In this document: one piece after another, positions 1 to 10,702 of the stretch
Layout of the letters: the number at the start of each line of letters is the position of its first letter
Position numbering within the stretch: position 1 is the first letter of the stretch
From: Trueperaceae bacterium
GTDB lineage: Bacteria; Deinococcota; Deinococci; Deinococcales; Trueperaceae
Direction of reading: 5' to 3'
NCBI GenBank assembly: GCA_040905465.1
Contig: JBBDRK010000054.1
Location: forward strand, 12,697 to 76,696
DNA length: 64,000 bases
Notes under the pieces: model-generated
Seen by the model: only the letters and a program-made list of their open reading frames with translations
What the model was told of the DNA's origin: nothing
Database searches by the model: none
Translations under genes and position numbers: made by a program

Positions 1-106
1 GTTTTGGGCGTGGCCGCCCCGCCGCTCTTTGGGATGACCTCGGAAGAGCTGCTCGCTTTGAGCGCCGCACACGCCTACTGACTGCGTGGTTGCTCGGTCT
101 GGTGGC

Positions 107-634
107 CTAACGCCAGAGCCCGAGCAGCCGCCTGATACTGACCACTTGACCGAGGTGATAGGCGTTGTGGTCCGCCACCAGGAAGACCTGTCGCAGGTAG
201 GTTCGTCCCTCACCGTGCGGGATTTCATCGGTGAGGTCGAGCGCAGGATCCCGCACCACGTCGCGAACCTGCTCGAGCTCTGCCCGGAACCCGGCTAGAG
301 TGGCGTGCCACAGCCGTTCGCGCTCGGCCTCGGATGCCGTTCCTGGGTGAGCGGGCGGCCAGAGTCCCTCGGGGAAGGGAGGCGAGCGCCATGCAGGGTC
401 AATGGTGTAATGCAGGATGTCTTCCTGGGCCAGCCGCATGTGCTCGAGCAGCTCCCACACCGAGTGCAGCTTCGGCTCACTCACCCCCGCACCGTTGGCC
501 GCCCGGTCGGTCACGGCTGGCCTGAGGAATGCGTCGTCGATCTCCAGCCCGCCGATAGCTTGGTCGAGCGTGATATGAGCGCTCCCCATCTCGAGCAGTT
601 CGAGCAGGGCCCGGCGAAGTACGTCATCTTTCAT
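107..634 (-). CDS. DinB family protein
   Basis: His motifs (AHIT, HSVWELLEH, HNAYHLGQ) typical of DinB/DinB_2; ATG at 634 chosen over the ORF-track start at 649. Confidence 0.8.
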   Translation of the reverse strand: MKDDVLRRALLELLEMGSAHITLDQAIGGLEIDDAFLRPAVTDRAANGAGVSEPKLHSVWELLEHMRLAQEDILHYTIDPAWRSPPFPEGLWPPAHPGTASEAERERLWHATLAGFRAELEQVRDVVRDPALDLTDEIPHGEGRTYLRQVFLVADHNAYHLGQVVSIRRLLGLWR

Positions 635-743
635 GGCATCTCCCGTCAAGCCACCTGGCCAGAGCGGGCGGCAACTGCGCGTCGACCAGGAAACGCATTA
701 GGCGACTCGAAGTACCGCCAGAGTCGCTTACGACAGATCGTTC

Positions 744-1103
744 CTACTCAGAGTCAGGCGCCCATTGCAGCAGCGCCCGCACCTTGGGAAGCCGGGCGTC
801 CATCTCCACATAGATCACGACAACCGCGCCACCGAACACGACGCGCCACCGTTCGTCCTCGAGTTCCCACGCTTCGAACCCCACCGCTTCGCGGCTGCGT
901 TTGAAGTCGCGCAGCCTGGCCGCCAGCGTCAGGTTGGAATCTTCGTCACCGTCGCTTGAGAGCCAAGTGAAAGGCTCTCGCCCACGACCGAAATCGGTCG
1001 CACGCCTGTAGTCGGTGCACTGGCCTTGGTTCCCGGCCAGCATCTCCTTCTGGAGGTCTTGCTTCGCCAGCGAGACCATCTGTTTCCTCTTTCCCTGCCC
1101 CAC
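744..1103 (-). CDS. Hypothetical protein, possibly frameshifted with true start at 1167
   Basis: 119-aa ORF with no recognised motif; a GAGGT RBS precedes ATG 1167 in another frame. Confidence 0.3.
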   Translation of the reverse strand: MGQGKRKQMVSLAKQDLQKEMLAGNQGQCTDYRRATDFGRGREPFTWLSSDGDEDSNLTLAARLRDFKRSREAVGFEAWELEDERWRVVFGGAVVVIYVEMDARLPKVRALLQWAPDSE

Positions 1104-1447
1104 GCGTCAGGACGCCCAAGGTCAATGGAGGCAACTGCTGAATGCGTCGCGGGATGGAACGCTTCATTCTACCTCACACACATGCCTGAAGTTGTGGTGT
1201 GAGGCCACTTGCTGCCGTAAGCCGACGGCGGCGTGAAGGGGCGGGAACTCTCGTGGACCGCATTGCTAGCTACGAGCGGTATCATTCACGGCATCGGCAG
1301 CTTGTTCACGGTCAGGGCGGCTCGAACGTTTCGGCGAGTCCGCGCGAGAAGGCGTTTTATGTCCCCAGCAACAGCCTCGACTGCTGCAAGATTCGCGAGA
1401 AGCGTCCCGGAGAGCAGGATCTCGTTGAGCTCGGAAGCTTCCGCCCG

Positions 1448-3013
1448 ATGATGCAGGGGCAGCAGGACGGCAGCCGGCTTCGCCTTGCTGAACTGCTTGG
1501 CGCGCTCTCGCTTATTACCGACCTGGGCATGGGCCAGCCCGCCGAAGAGGCGATGCGCGCCTGTTTGCTCGCCACCGGTCTCGCCCGCAGGATGGACCTG
1601 GCCGAGACGGAGGTGGCCGACATCTACTACGTCGGCCTGCTCAAGTACCTCGGCTGCACCGCCTACGCCCACGAAGAGGCCGTGCTCTTCGGCGGGGACG
1701 ACATCGCCTTGCGCTCCCGTGGCGCGCGGGTGGATTTCGCAAATCCGCGAGAGGCGCTGCCTTTCGTACTCCTGGAACCCGGCCGTCACGCCCCGCTGCC
1801 CAGGCGCCTTCTCATAGTCGCTCGCGGCATGGCTCTCGGGTCCCACTTCGGCAGCCGGATGACCGCCTCCCATTGTGAAGTGGCTGCCATGCTGGCCCGT
1901 CGTCTGGGCCTTCCCCAACGAGTGCAGGTTGCCTTGTACCAGGTCATGGAGCGTTGGGACGGCAATGGTGGGCCGCAACGGCTGGCCGGCAACGACACGG
2001 TTCTGGCCGCACGATTCGCTCTGCTGGCTAGTCGGGTAGTCGCCTTCGCACGCATCGGCGGAATCGAGGGGGCCTCGGCGATGGTGCGCGACTGGAGGAA
2101 CGGCTTCTTCGATCCGGAGCTGGCGGACGTGTTTCTCCGGTTCGGTCCCGAGTTGCTGCGCGAAATCGACGCAGCGGACGTGTACCGAGCCGTGGTGGAG
2201 GCCGAACCACAGCCGCGGCAGCAGATCTCCGAATCTCACCTCGACTCGCTGGCCGAAACCTTTGCCGACATGGTCGACCTGAAAGTACCGTTCCTTCGCG
2301 GCCATTCCCGAGGAGTGGCTGCTTTGGCCGAGGCGGCAGCACGTGGGTCGGGACTCGCGGCGGCCGACGTCACCGCGTTACACCGAGCGGCGCTGCTGCA
2401 CGATGTCGGTAGGGTAGGAGTCGCGAACGGCACCTGGGAAAGACCCGGTCCGCTGGGAAGGGGCGAGTGGGAGAAGGTCCGGCTGCACCCCTATCACAGT
2501 GAACGCATCCTCTCCTGCGCACCGGTGCTGGAGCCGCTCGCGTCCATCGCCGGCATGCACCATGAACGCCTCGACGGCTCCGGTTACCACCGCCAGGCGA
2601 AAGCGGCGTCGCTACCGCCGGCAGCGCTCATTCTCGCGGCGGCCGACGCCTTCCAGGCGATGACTCAGGAGCGGCCGTACCGCAGGGCGCTGTCGGCAGA
2701 CGCTGCGAGCGGCGAGTTGCTGGCGGAAGTCCGGCACGGCCGGCACGATGGCGAAGCGGTGCAGGCAGTGCTCTCGGCCGCCGGGCACGCAGGCGGGAGC
2801 AGGCGCCGGGAGTGGCCCGCCGGCTTGACCGACCGCCAGGTCGAGGTTCTCGCGCTTCTCGCCCGCGGCGCTTCCAATAAGCAGGTGGCGAAGGAACTCG
2901 GCATCTCGCCCAAGACGGTGGGTCATCACGTTCAGCACATCTACGACAAGATAGGTGTTTCTACCAGGGCCGGTGCCGCGGTATTCGCCATGGAGCATTC
3001 ACTCCTTGGTTGA
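1448..3013 (+). CDS. HD-GYP domain protein with C-terminal LuxR HTH
   Basis: Degenerate first HD domain (ERWDG), LLHDVG and HHERLDGSGYH, C-terminal LTDRQVEVL...ISPKTVGHHVQHIYDKIGV. Confidence 0.9.
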   Translation: MMQGQQDGSRLRLAELLGALSLITDLGMGQPAEEAMRACLLATGLARRMDLAETEVADIYYVGLLKYLGCTAYAHEEAVLFGGDDIALRSRGARVDFANPREALPFVLLEPGRHAPLPRRLLIVARGMALGSHFGSRMTASHCEVAAMLARRLGLPQRVQVALYQVMERWDGNGGPQRLAGNDTVLAARFALLASRVVAFARIGGIEGASAMVRDWRNGFFDPELADVFLRFGPELLREIDAADVYRAVVEAEPQPRQQISESHLDSLAETFADMVDLKVPFLRGHSRGVAALAEAAARGSGLAAADVTALHRAALLHDVGRVGVANGTWERPGPLGRGEWEKVRLHPYHSERILSCAPVLEPLASIAGMHHERLDGSGYHRQAKAASLPPAALILAAADAFQAMTQERPYRRALSADAASGELLAEVRHGRHDGEAVQAVLSAAGHAGGSRRREWPAGLTDRQVEVLALLARGASNKQVAKELGISPKTVGHHVQHIYDKIGVSTRAGAAVFAMEHSLLG

Positions 3014-3105
3014 CCACCCGGCGTAGGGCGAACACCCGATGATCGCCACGTTCGGCGTTCTTATCCTGTTCTCGAGGAGCGCCATTCGACCTTGGCACGA
3101 AAGGG

Positions 3106-3417
3106 GTGATAACCGTGGTGATGACGGTGTTGGAATCGCACGTGGCAGCGGACAAGTGGGAGGCAATCGGAGGGGGCGTCGAAGCCGCAAGGAACCGACT
3201 GCCGCCCCAGATGGTGCGGACATATCTCGCGCAGAGCACGAGTGACAAGACGCTCTGGAGGATTGTGTCCGTCTGGAAGAGCCGCGAGGCACTCGAGGAG
3301 TACCAGCGTTCGACTGAAACGCCCGGCGGCGTCCTGCTTTTTCGAAACGTCGGTGCCGAGCCGACCCTGGCCGTATTCGACGTTGTCGTGCATGCCGGCG
3401 CGGATACGCCGCGCTAA
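3106..3417 (+). CDS. Small antibiotic-biosynthesis-monooxygenase-like (dimeric alpha/beta barrel) protein
   Basis: WRIVSVWKSREALEEY motif; 103 aa. Confidence 0.6.
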   Translation: MITVVMTVLESHVAADKWEAIGGGVEAARNRLPPQMVRTYLAQSTSDKTLWRIVSVWKSREALEEYQRSTETPGGVLLFRNVGAEPTLAVFDVVVHAGADTPR

Positions 3418-3473
3418 ACCCGAAAGGAAAACCGGGAGTCGAAGGTGCTTGCACCAGAAAGAAGGAGGCAATA

Positions 3474-4340
3474 ATGGAAACCGTGACCTCGAGCGACGGA
3501 ACGAGAATTGCCTACGAACGCAGCGGCGGCGGACCCCCGCTCGTCCTGGTACACGGTGCGGCAGGCACGCACAGCCGTTGGGCGCCGGTGTTGCCGGCGC
3601 TCGAGAAGCGTTTCACGGTATACGCGGTCGACCGGCGCGGGCGCGGCGAAAGCGGCGACAACGAGCCATACGCCATCGAGCGAGAGTTCGAGGATGTTGC
3701 CGCCGTCGTCGATTCGGTGGGAGAACCTGTCAGCCTGCTCGGCCACTCCTTCGGGGCCGTCTGCGCTCTCGAGGCCGCCATGTTCACCAGGAACATCCGC
3801 CGGCTGATCCTGCACGAGCCACCTCATCCGCTTCCGGTAGAAGATATCCTCCCAGACGGAATCATCGATCGGCTCGAGGCGCTGCTCGATGCGGGTGACC
3901 GAGAGGGCGTTGTTGCCGCGTTCGCGCTGGAGGTCATGCGGATGCCGGCCGAGGAGTTCGAGGCATTCAAGACGTTGCCCGCCGGGCAAGCTGCGGTGGC
4001 CGCCGCCAACACGTTGCCGCGAGAACTGCAGGTGCGTTACCGCTTCGAGGGGGCGCGGTTCAGCGGAATGCATGCCCCCTCGTTGCTCCTTCTGGGCAGT
4101 GAAAGCCCACCGTTTTATGCCGCTGCCACGGAGACTGTTGCGGCCGCACTGCCTGAGAGTCGGATCGCGGTCATGCCGGGCGCGGAACATGTCGCCATCT
4201 ACAGCGCTCCCGAAGTGTTCCTGAAGGAAGTAATCGGGTTCCTGAGCGAGGTGGCGGGGGGCCGCCCACGCCGGCTGCCACAGGAGCGTGACGAGGCCGT
4301 AACGCTCCCGCTTCCCGGGCAGGCTCCTGGCGAACTCTGA
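3474..4340 (+). CDS. Alpha/beta hydrolase
   Basis: LVLVHG, DRRGRGES, GHSFG nucleophile elbow, GAEH; AAGGAGG RBS. Confidence 0.9.
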   Translation: METVTSSDGTRIAYERSGGGPPLVLVHGAAGTHSRWAPVLPALEKRFTVYAVDRRGRGESGDNEPYAIEREFEDVAAVVDSVGEPVSLLGHSFGAVCALEAAMFTRNIRRLILHEPPHPLPVEDILPDGIIDRLEALLDAGDREGVVAAFALEVMRMPAEEFEAFKTLPAGQAAVAAANTLPRELQVRYRFEGARFSGMHAPSLLLLGSESPPFYAAATETVAAALPESRIAVMPGAEHVAIYSAPEVFLKEVIGFLSEVAGGRPRRLPQERDEAVTLPLPGQAPGEL

Positions 4341-4381
4341 TTCGGGCAGATTGCCCGTAATGCTGGCCGCCGCCAGCTGCT

Positions 4382-5014
4382 CTAGCCCGCGTGGGCCAGG
4401 GTTCGCAAGGTGTCGAGCACGTCACGCCAGTGCTCACGCATGGCCTGCCGGGTGGCGGCGTCGGCGAGTCGTTCGTGATGGAAGCCGACCGTGCAACGCT
4501 CACCCTTGTCGGTCAGGTCGAGTTGCAGGGTCGATGGGCGGCTCCATGTCTTCGGCTGCCAGGTGAGGCGGACGCGCCTTCCGGGCCGGACCGTACGCAC
4601 TTCACCGCGAGTCCCGTCTGCCGTTTCATAGTGCTCGCCGGGCTCGAGCCGAAACGACTCGCTCGCGCCCAGCCAGGCGTCCCTGCCCGGCCCGGCCAGG
4701 AGAAGCTCCCAGGCGCGTGCCGCGGGTATCGCGAGCGTGCGCTGCGCGCCCACCTGGAAGCCCACGTCGGCGGTCTCGCCGACCTCGGCGCGTTTTCCCC
4801 GCGCCTTCTCGTACTCGACGGTAACGCCCTGTTGCCACCAGCCGCTCGCCACCCCGGCCTGGTCACGAAGCCAGGAGACGATCTCCTTGTGGCTCATGTC
4901 GGCTGCGCCGGCGGCATCCAGCACCTCGAACCACTCCTGCCAGGTCCGTCCCGTGACTCGTTGCACCGCTTCCGCTGAGATGCCGGGAACGTAATCGTTG
5001 GACTTTGCGGTCAT
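4382..5014 (-). CDS. SRPBCC/AHSA1-like protein with DUF4287-like N-terminus
   Basis: AVQRVTGRTWQEWF, GWWQQGVTVEYE, HERL...MREHWR; TATACT 6 nt upstream of ATG 5014. Confidence 0.75.
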   Translation of the reverse strand: MTAKSNDYVPGISAEAVQRVTGRTWQEWFEVLDAAGAADMSHKEIVSWLRDQAGVASGWWQQGVTVEYEKARGKRAEVGETADVGFQVGAQRTLAIPAARAWELLLAGPGRDAWLGASESFRLEPGEHYETADGTRGEVRTVRPGRRVRLTWQPKTWSRPSTLQLDLTDKGERCTVGFHHERLADAATRQAMREHWRDVLDTLRTLAHAG

Positions 5015-5179
5015 CGTCCGAGTATAGTCTGCATTCGTTGGCAGCGCCCCTGCCTGGTGCCGCATCCGGACTACTGCTCCGGCCGGTCCACGGTTCGACC
5101 GGTTGCTGACCGGCATTCCGACGGTCGCGACGTTCGATTCGAACGGGTGCCGAAGCGCTGCCGACGGTATAACAAAGGC

Positions 5180-6496
5180 ATGGGCGATAGCGACCGGGCC
5201 GAACGGGAACGGTCTCAGCTGCTGGCGCGCGAGCAGCAGGCAAGGCATGAAGCCGAGCGGTCCCGAGCCGAGGCGGAAGCCGAGCGCGAGAAATTGGCGA
5301 ACGAGGTCGTCGAGCGCAACAGGGTAGAGGCAGAGTTGCGTGAGAGTGAGGCGCGGCTCCGGCTCACGCTGCAATCGGGTGAGATCGGCGCCTGGGACCT
5401 CGACCTGCAGACACTAACTGCGACCAGATCGCTGGAACACGACAAGATCTTCGGTTACCGCGAGATGCTGCCGGAATGGAGCTACGGCAAGTTCCTCGGC
5501 GTCCATGTCCACCCCGACGATCGAGCTCATGTAGACGCCACCTTCCAACGAGTCATGGATACCTACGATGACTGGGACTTCGAGTGCAGGATCATCCGGG
5601 TCGATGGGAACGTGCGCTGGATCTGGGCTCGCGGGAGTGTTCACCGCAACCACGCCGGCGAGCCGGTGCGGCTACTGGGCCTGGTGAAGGACATAACCGA
5701 CCGAAAGCAGGTCGAGCAGCGGCTGGGAACCGCTCGCGATCAATTGGAGCTGCGAGTCCAGGAGCGTACCGCCGAACTGGAATCACTCAACGCGGAACTG
5801 GAGAGCTTCAACTATTCAGTGTCGCACGACCTTCGTGCCCCGCTGCGGGGTATCGATGGATTCAGCCAGGCCCTTCTGGAAGACCATTGGGAGGAGCTGA
5901 ACGACAACGCGCGCCAGCACCTGCTGCGCATCCGCTCAGGGGCGGAACGGATGGGGCAACTGATCGACGATCTGCTCGACCTGTCCCGACTGTCGTCACG
6001 GCCGATAAGGCGGCGCCCGATCGACCTGACCAGGATGGCGGAAGAAATCGTTGCCGAACTCAGGACTCGCGATCCCGAACGGCGAGTCGAGGTCGAAGTG
6101 CAGGCGGCTGCGACGGCGGACGCGGACTTCGGCCTTGTGAGGACCATACTAGAAAACCTCCTCGGAAACGCCTGGAAGTTCACCCGGAAACGCGAGGATG
6201 CCCGGATCGAGTTCGGCATGCTGTCGTCCACCGAAGTTCCCGTCTTGTTCGTGCGGGACAACGGCGCCGGGTTCGACAACAAATACGCCGGCAAGCTGTT
6301 CGCCGCCTTTCAACGCCTGCACAGCGCCGAAGAGTTTTCCGGCACAGGGATCGGACTGGCCATCGTGCAGCGAATAGTTCGGCGCCACGGCGGGCGTGTC
6401 TGGGCGGAAGGTGAACCGGACAAGGGAGCCTCTTTCTACTTCACCCTGGGTCGCCCGGAAGGGGACGGGAATTACCAAGACATCAGCATGCGGTGA
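5180..6496 (+). CDS. Cytoplasmic PAS sensor histidine kinase
   Basis: PAS (VHPDDR, DITDRK), H-box SHDLRAPL, NLLGNAWKF, DNGAGF, GTGIGLA. Confidence 0.92.
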   Translation: MGDSDRAERERSQLLAREQQARHEAERSRAEAEAEREKLANEVVERNRVEAELRESEARLRLTLQSGEIGAWDLDLQTLTATRSLEHDKIFGYREMLPEWSYGKFLGVHVHPDDRAHVDATFQRVMDTYDDWDFECRIIRVDGNVRWIWARGSVHRNHAGEPVRLLGLVKDITDRKQVEQRLGTARDQLELRVQERTAELESLNAELESFNYSVSHDLRAPLRGIDGFSQALLEDHWEELNDNARQHLLRIRSGAERMGQLIDDLLDLSRLSSRPIRRRPIDLTRMAEEIVAELRTRDPERRVEVEVQAAATADADFGLVRTILENLLGNAWKFTRKREDARIEFGMLSSTEVPVLFVRDNGAGFDNKYAGKLFAAFQRLHSAEEFSGTGIGLAIVQRIVRRHGGRVWAEGEPDKGASFYFTLGRPEGDGNYQDISMR

Positions 6497-6502
6497 TATA
6501 TT
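6480..6502 (+). promoter_or_regulatory. Candidate ArsR/SmtB operator overlapping a -10 box
   Basis: Imperfect dyad ACATCA-N8-TGATAT (6480-6499) overlapping TATATT (6497-6502), directly upstream of the ArsR gene. Confidence 0.5.
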
Positions 6503-6916
6503 GTGATCGTGCTGGTCACATCGACGGACAACACAGACCTGAAGGCGAAGCTCTTTCGCGGCTTGGCCGACCCGACGCGGTTGGGGATCCTGGAAACGTT
6601 GGGCGACCGCCGACTGTGCGTCGGCGACATCATCGACGCCACCAATTTGAGCCAGTCGAACGTGTCCAATCACCTGTCGTGCCTCAAGGATTGCGGCCTG
6701 GTGAGCAGCGAGCGACAGGGCCGCAACGTCTACTACCGCATCAGCGACCGGCGGGTAAACGCGCTCCTGGAGCTTTCACGGGAGTTGCTTGCCGACGTCG
6801 CCAAGGGTGTTTACGAATGCACCCGTTACTCGCAGCCGTCGGGTTCGGCGAGCGTTGTCGAAGGGGAGCAGGCCGCCGACGTCGCCGTCGAAAGCCAGGA
6901 GATAGCTGGTGCCTGA
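6503..6916 (+). CDS. ArsR/SmtB metalloregulator, CmtR-like (start may be GTG 6509)
   Basis: [26 protein letters not shown] (alpha4 CxxxC as in CmtR); C-terminal Cys in YECTRY. Confidence 0.88.
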   Translation: MIVLVTSTDNTDLKAKLFRGLADPTRLGILETLGDRRLCVGDIIDATNLSQSNVSNHLSCLKDCGLVSSERQGRNVYYRISDRRVNALLELSRELLADVAKGVYECTRYSQPSGSASVVEGEQAADVAVESQEIAGA

Positions 6917-9128
6917 CGCTCTCACCCGCTCCCTGCCAGCGGCCAGGTTCGAAACCGTCGAGATCCCGGTGCTGGGCATGGACTGTGGCAACTGCGCGAA
7001 CAGCGTGCGCGGTGCAGTCGAGCGGATCCGGGGCGTCGAGTCGGTCGAAGTGCTGCTCGCCGGCCAGCGAGCCGTGGTGACTCTCGACGTGTCCCAGACG
7101 AACGAGCAGGAAATCCGTGGCGCGATTCGGTCGGTCGGTTATGAATCTCCGGAGCCCGACGCGGCCGACGGGGGCGCGGGAACGGAGCGCACTGTGGAGG
7201 CCGGGCGCGCGGCTGCCCTCAGCCGGTCCGCCCTGGCGCTGATGAGCCTCGTCTTCGGCGTGGTGCTGCTGGTGGTGGTAGTGGGCGAATGGCTGGGCGC
7301 CTCCGCTGCACTGACCGAGCGCGTGCCGCTCTGGCTGGGCGCGCTGCTGGTGGCTGCCTTCGGCTTTCCGGTGTTCCGCAAGGTAGCGGCCAGCTTGCTG
7401 CGTGGGCGAATAGTCTCGCACACCCTGATGAGCAGCGGGGCGATGGCCGCCCTGGCGATAGGCGAGTGGGTTACTGCGGCATTGGTCGTGTTCTTCATGC
7501 GCGTCGGCGACTACGCCGAGAGTTTCACCACCGAGAGGGCCAGGCGCTCGCTTCGCGACCTGACGGCGCTCGTCCCCAAGACGGCCCGGATCGAGCGAAG
7601 CGAATTGGTGGAAGAAGAGGTTCCGGTCGATGAATTGCGGCGGGGAGACCTGGTGGTCGTCCGGCCGGGTGAGACGATCCCTGTCGACGGCGAGGTGATC
7701 AGCGGCAGCGCAACTGTCGATCGCGCCGCGCTGACCGGGGAGTCGCTGGCGGTCGAGGTCACGCCGGGAACGCGAGTTTTCGCCGCGACCGTCGCCCGGC
7801 TCGGCAGCTTGCGGGTCCGGGTGGACGGCGTAGGTCGCGACACCACGTTCGGCCAGGTGCTCAGGCAGGTTGAACGGGCCGAGGCCAACCGCGGCGATAC
7901 CCAGCGGCTGGCGGACCGGTTCGCCGCCTGGTACCTGCCGGTGGTGGCGACAATCGCCGTTGCCACCTACTTGGTGCGCGGCGATCTGCTGGCGGCGGTT
8001 GCGGTCACTGTGGTCGCCTGCTCGTGCGCGTTCGCACTGGCGGCTCCGGTCGCGATGCTGGCGTCGATCGGTGCGGCCGCCAAGCGGGGCCTGCTGATCA
8101 AGGGCGGGAAGTATATCGAGGCTCTGGCCAGGGCCGACGTGCTTCTGATCGACAAGACCGGAACGGTGACGTCCGGACGGCAGCGGCTCAGCGACGTGAT
8201 GCCGCTGGCGGGTCGGACCGAGCAAGGAGTGCTGGAGTTGGCGGCAGCGGCCGAACGCGACAGTGAGCACTCGCTGGGACGGGCGGTTGTCCGCGCTGCC
8301 GAAGAACGCGGGCTGACACCGATCCGGTCCGAGGCCTTCGAGGCCATGCCGGGCTGGGGCGTTCGCGCCGCGGTAGCTGGCCGAACGGTAGAGGTCGGTT
8401 CTCGGCGACTGCTGCCGGGTCCGCTCCTCTCCGATGGCGTCCTGGCGAGGTCCGCAGCCAGGCTGGAGAACCAAGGCAAGACGCTGCTGTTCGTGCTGGT
8501 CGATGGTGAACCGGCCGGTCTGCTGGCGACCAGCGATACCTTGCGCCCCGGCGTGGCAGCCGCCATCGAAGCCGCCCGCGGGATGGGGATCCGCCGTGTA
8601 GAACTGCTTACCGGTGATAACCGGCGCAGCGCCCAGGCGGTCGCCGCCGAATTGGGTATCGCTTACCGCGCCGAGCTGCTGCCCGGGGAGAAGCTCGAAG
8701 CCGTGAAAGAACACCAGGCCGCTGGCAGGACCGTAGTGATGATCGGAGATGGAGTCAACGACGCCCCGGCGCTCGCCCAGGCAGACGTTGGCGTTGCCAT
8801 GGGCGCGGCCGGAACCGACGTGGCGATCGAAACGGCTCACGTGGCCTTGATGAGCGACGATTGGAGTCGCCTGCCGGAGCTCTTTTCCATCGCCAGGCGG
8901 ACGATGGGCGTTGTGCGGCTGAACATCGGTTTTACCGCGGTCTACAACCTCATAGGCATTTCACTCGCCGCTCTCGGATTCCTGCCGCCCATCTTCGCGG
9001 CGGCGCTGCAGTCGCTTCCCGACCTCGGCATCATGGGCAACTCGGCACGCCTGCTCCGCCAGGACGCTCCGCGAACGGCGCGCCCCAGCCCCGCCGCCGT
9101 GCTGGAATCACCGGTTGCACAGCCGTGA
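6909..9128 (+). CDS. Heavy-metal P1B-type ATPase with CSC motif
   Basis: [45 protein letters not shown]. Confidence 0.95.
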   Translation: MPDALTRSLPAARFETVEIPVLGMDCGNCANSVRGAVERIRGVESVEVLLAGQRAVVTLDVSQTNEQEIRGAIRSVGYESPEPDAADGGAGTERTVEAGRAAALSRSALALMSLVFGVVLLVVVVGEWLGASAALTERVPLWLGALLVAAFGFPVFRKVAASLLRGRIVSHTLMSSGAMAALAIGEWVTAALVVFFMRVGDYAESFTTERARRSLRDLTALVPKTARIERSELVEEEVPVDELRRGDLVVVRPGETIPVDGEVISGSATVDRAALTGESLAVEVTPGTRVFAATVARLGSLRVRVDGVGRDTTFGQVLRQVERAEANRGDTQRLADRFAAWYLPVVATIAVATYLVRGDLLAAVAVTVVACSCAFALAAPVAMLASIGAAAKRGLLIKGGKYIEALARADVLLIDKTGTVTSGRQRLSDVMPLAGRTEQGVLELAAAAERDSEHSLGRAVVRAAEERGLTPIRSEAFEAMPGWGVRAAVAGRTVEVGSRRLLPGPLLSDGVLARSAARLENQGKTLLFVLVDGEPAGLLATSDTLRPGVAAAIEAARGMGIRRVELLTGDNRRSAQAVAAELGIAYRAELLPGEKLEAVKEHQAAGRTVVMIGDGVNDAPALAQADVGVAMGAAGTDVAIETAHVALMSDDWSRLPELFSIARRTMGVVRLNIGFTAVYNLIGISLAALGFLPPIFAAALQSLPDLGIMGNSARLLRQDAPRTARPSPAAVLESPVAQP

Positions 9129-9216
9129 TGGAACGAAACGGTCGTTAGGCGTGCCTCGATCACCTGCGGCCGGCCACGGTTCGTGAGGGGCTTCGCTCCG
9201 TGTTCCCGGGAGGTCG

Positions 9217-10194
9217 ATGAAGCCACACGGACACAGTCACGATAATCTTCACGATAATCTTCACGATAATCAGGTAGCCGGGGCCAGCGACGGGCGAATC
9301 CTGGGCACGGTAGCCCTGAACCTGCTGCTGACCGTCGCCCAGGCCGTGGGCGGGTTCATCGCTGGGTCGGTGGCGCTGATGGCCGACGCCCTGCACAATC
9401 TCAACGACGCCATGGCCCTGGTGATCGTTTATGCAGCGCGCCGCATCAGCCGCCGCAGCCCCGACCGAACGCGTACGTTCGGTTACCGCCGAGCGCAAGT
9501 TGTCGGCGCCACCATCAACCTCGTCGCGCTGGCGGTGGTTGGGCTCTTCCTGGCCTACGAGTCGCTACTGCGACTCTTCGAACCCAGGGAGGTGGACGGA
9601 TGGATCATGATCGGGCTGGCCGGTGTTGCGCTGCTGGTCGACGCGATCACAGTGCTGCTGCTTTTCACGATGCGGCGCGGAAGCGTCAATGTGCGGGCCG
9701 CGTTCGCGCACAACCTCAGCGACGCACTGGCGTCGCTGGCGGTGTTGAGCGGCGGGATCGCGATTCTCACGCTTGGCTGGAACTGGTTGGACGGGTTCCT
9801 GTCACTCCTGATCGTCGGCTACATTTTCTGGCAGGTGGCGCGGATGCTGCCGGAGACGTTGCGGGTACTGATGGAGAGCACGCCGGCAGGACTCGACCTG
9901 AACGAGGTCGTTTCGGCGATGACGGTCATCGAAGGCGTGCAGGACGCCCACCACCTGCACGTCTGGTTGCTCGACGAGAACAGGTGCGCGCTGGAAGCGC
10001 ATGTGGTGATCGGGAGCGAACAGGTGACACGGATGGAGAAGATCAAGGGGGAGATCAGGCAACGCTTGCGAGAGGAGTTCGCCATCACCCACACCACGCT
10101 CGAACTCGAGCTCCCCGAGACCGCCGGTGAAGCCGGCCACGATACCGCGCTTGTGTCCGAGCATTGCAGCGATCCTCGACCCGCGGACGGTTGA
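9217..10194 (+). CDS. czcD: Cation diffusion facilitator (CzcD-like Zn/Co/Cd exporter)
   Basis: His-rich N-terminus, ADALHNLND, TFGYRR, HNLSD, HHLHVW. Confidence 0.88.
   Translation: MKPHGHSHDNLHDNLHDNQVAGASDGRILGTVALNLLLTVAQAVGGFIAGSVALMADALHNLNDAMALVIVYAARRISRRSPDRTRTFGYRRAQVVGATINLVALAVVGLFLAYESLLRLFEPREVDGWIMIGLAGVALLVDAITVLLLFTMRRGSVNVRAAFAHNLSDALASLAVLSGGIAILTLGWNWLDGFLSLLIVGYIFWQVARMLPETLRVLMESTPAGLDLNEVVSAMTVIEGVQDAHHLHVWLLDENRCALEAHVVIGSEQVTRMEKIKGEIRQRLREEFAITHTTLELELPETAGEAGHDTALVSEHCSDPRPADG
9238..9271 (+). repeat. 12-bp tandem repeat encoding HDNL
   Basis: CACGATAATCTT twice, plus partial CACGATAATC. Confidence 0.9.
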
Positions 10195-10197
10195 CGG

Positions 10198-10596
10198 ATG
10201 AAGCGGATGCCTGAGAACGAGGCCGCGGAGAATACCCTCGTCAGCTTCGTCCGGTCGAGCGAGCGACGAGTTGCCGGTGAACGCCTGCAGGTGTGGAAAT
10301 CCGAAGCTACGGGGCGGGAGTTCGAGGTCCGCGAGTCCAACTCGTACGCGCTCGGCGCTGATCTGACGCCGGGGTCGCCCGGGTACGTCACCTACGCCGG
10401 CAGCGCACCGACGGTTACCGAGCGGCCGTTGCCACGTAGCGAACGCCTGCGCCGGTACAACCGGCAGCGGATGCTGGCGCAGCAGTCGCAAGGGGAAGCG
10501 CGGCGGAAAGGGTCGTCGTTCCCGGTGGGCTGGCTGCTCGTGATGGTGCTGCTGCTGGCGATCTCGTGGGCGCTGTTCTCGCCGGCGGGCCGATAG
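10198..10596 (+). CDS. Hypothetical protein with C-terminal transmembrane helix
   Basis: 132-aa ORF directly after czcD; hydrophobic WLLVMVLLLAISWALF. Confidence 0.55.
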   Translation: MKRMPENEAAENTLVSFVRSSERRVAGERLQVWKSEATGREFEVRESNSYALGADLTPGSPGYVTYAGSAPTVTERPLPRSERLRRYNRQRMLAQQSQGEARRKGSSFPVGWLLVMVLLLAISWALFSPAGR

Positions 10597-10702
10597 CCGT
10601 ACGGTCGCTAAGCAGGGTCGACGGACTTCGCGTCAGAATGCGAATCAGGCGCTGGTGTGCCGGCGGTGACGGGGTGACAGTGGGGTGGGAGGTTGGGACC
10701 CC

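Noticed and set aside
6741-8840. 699-aa ORF antisense to the P1B ATPase, and similar long shadows over uvrD, P450, ndh and the carboxylase
   Set aside because: Expected in high-GC DNA; the opposite strand carries the recognisable genes.
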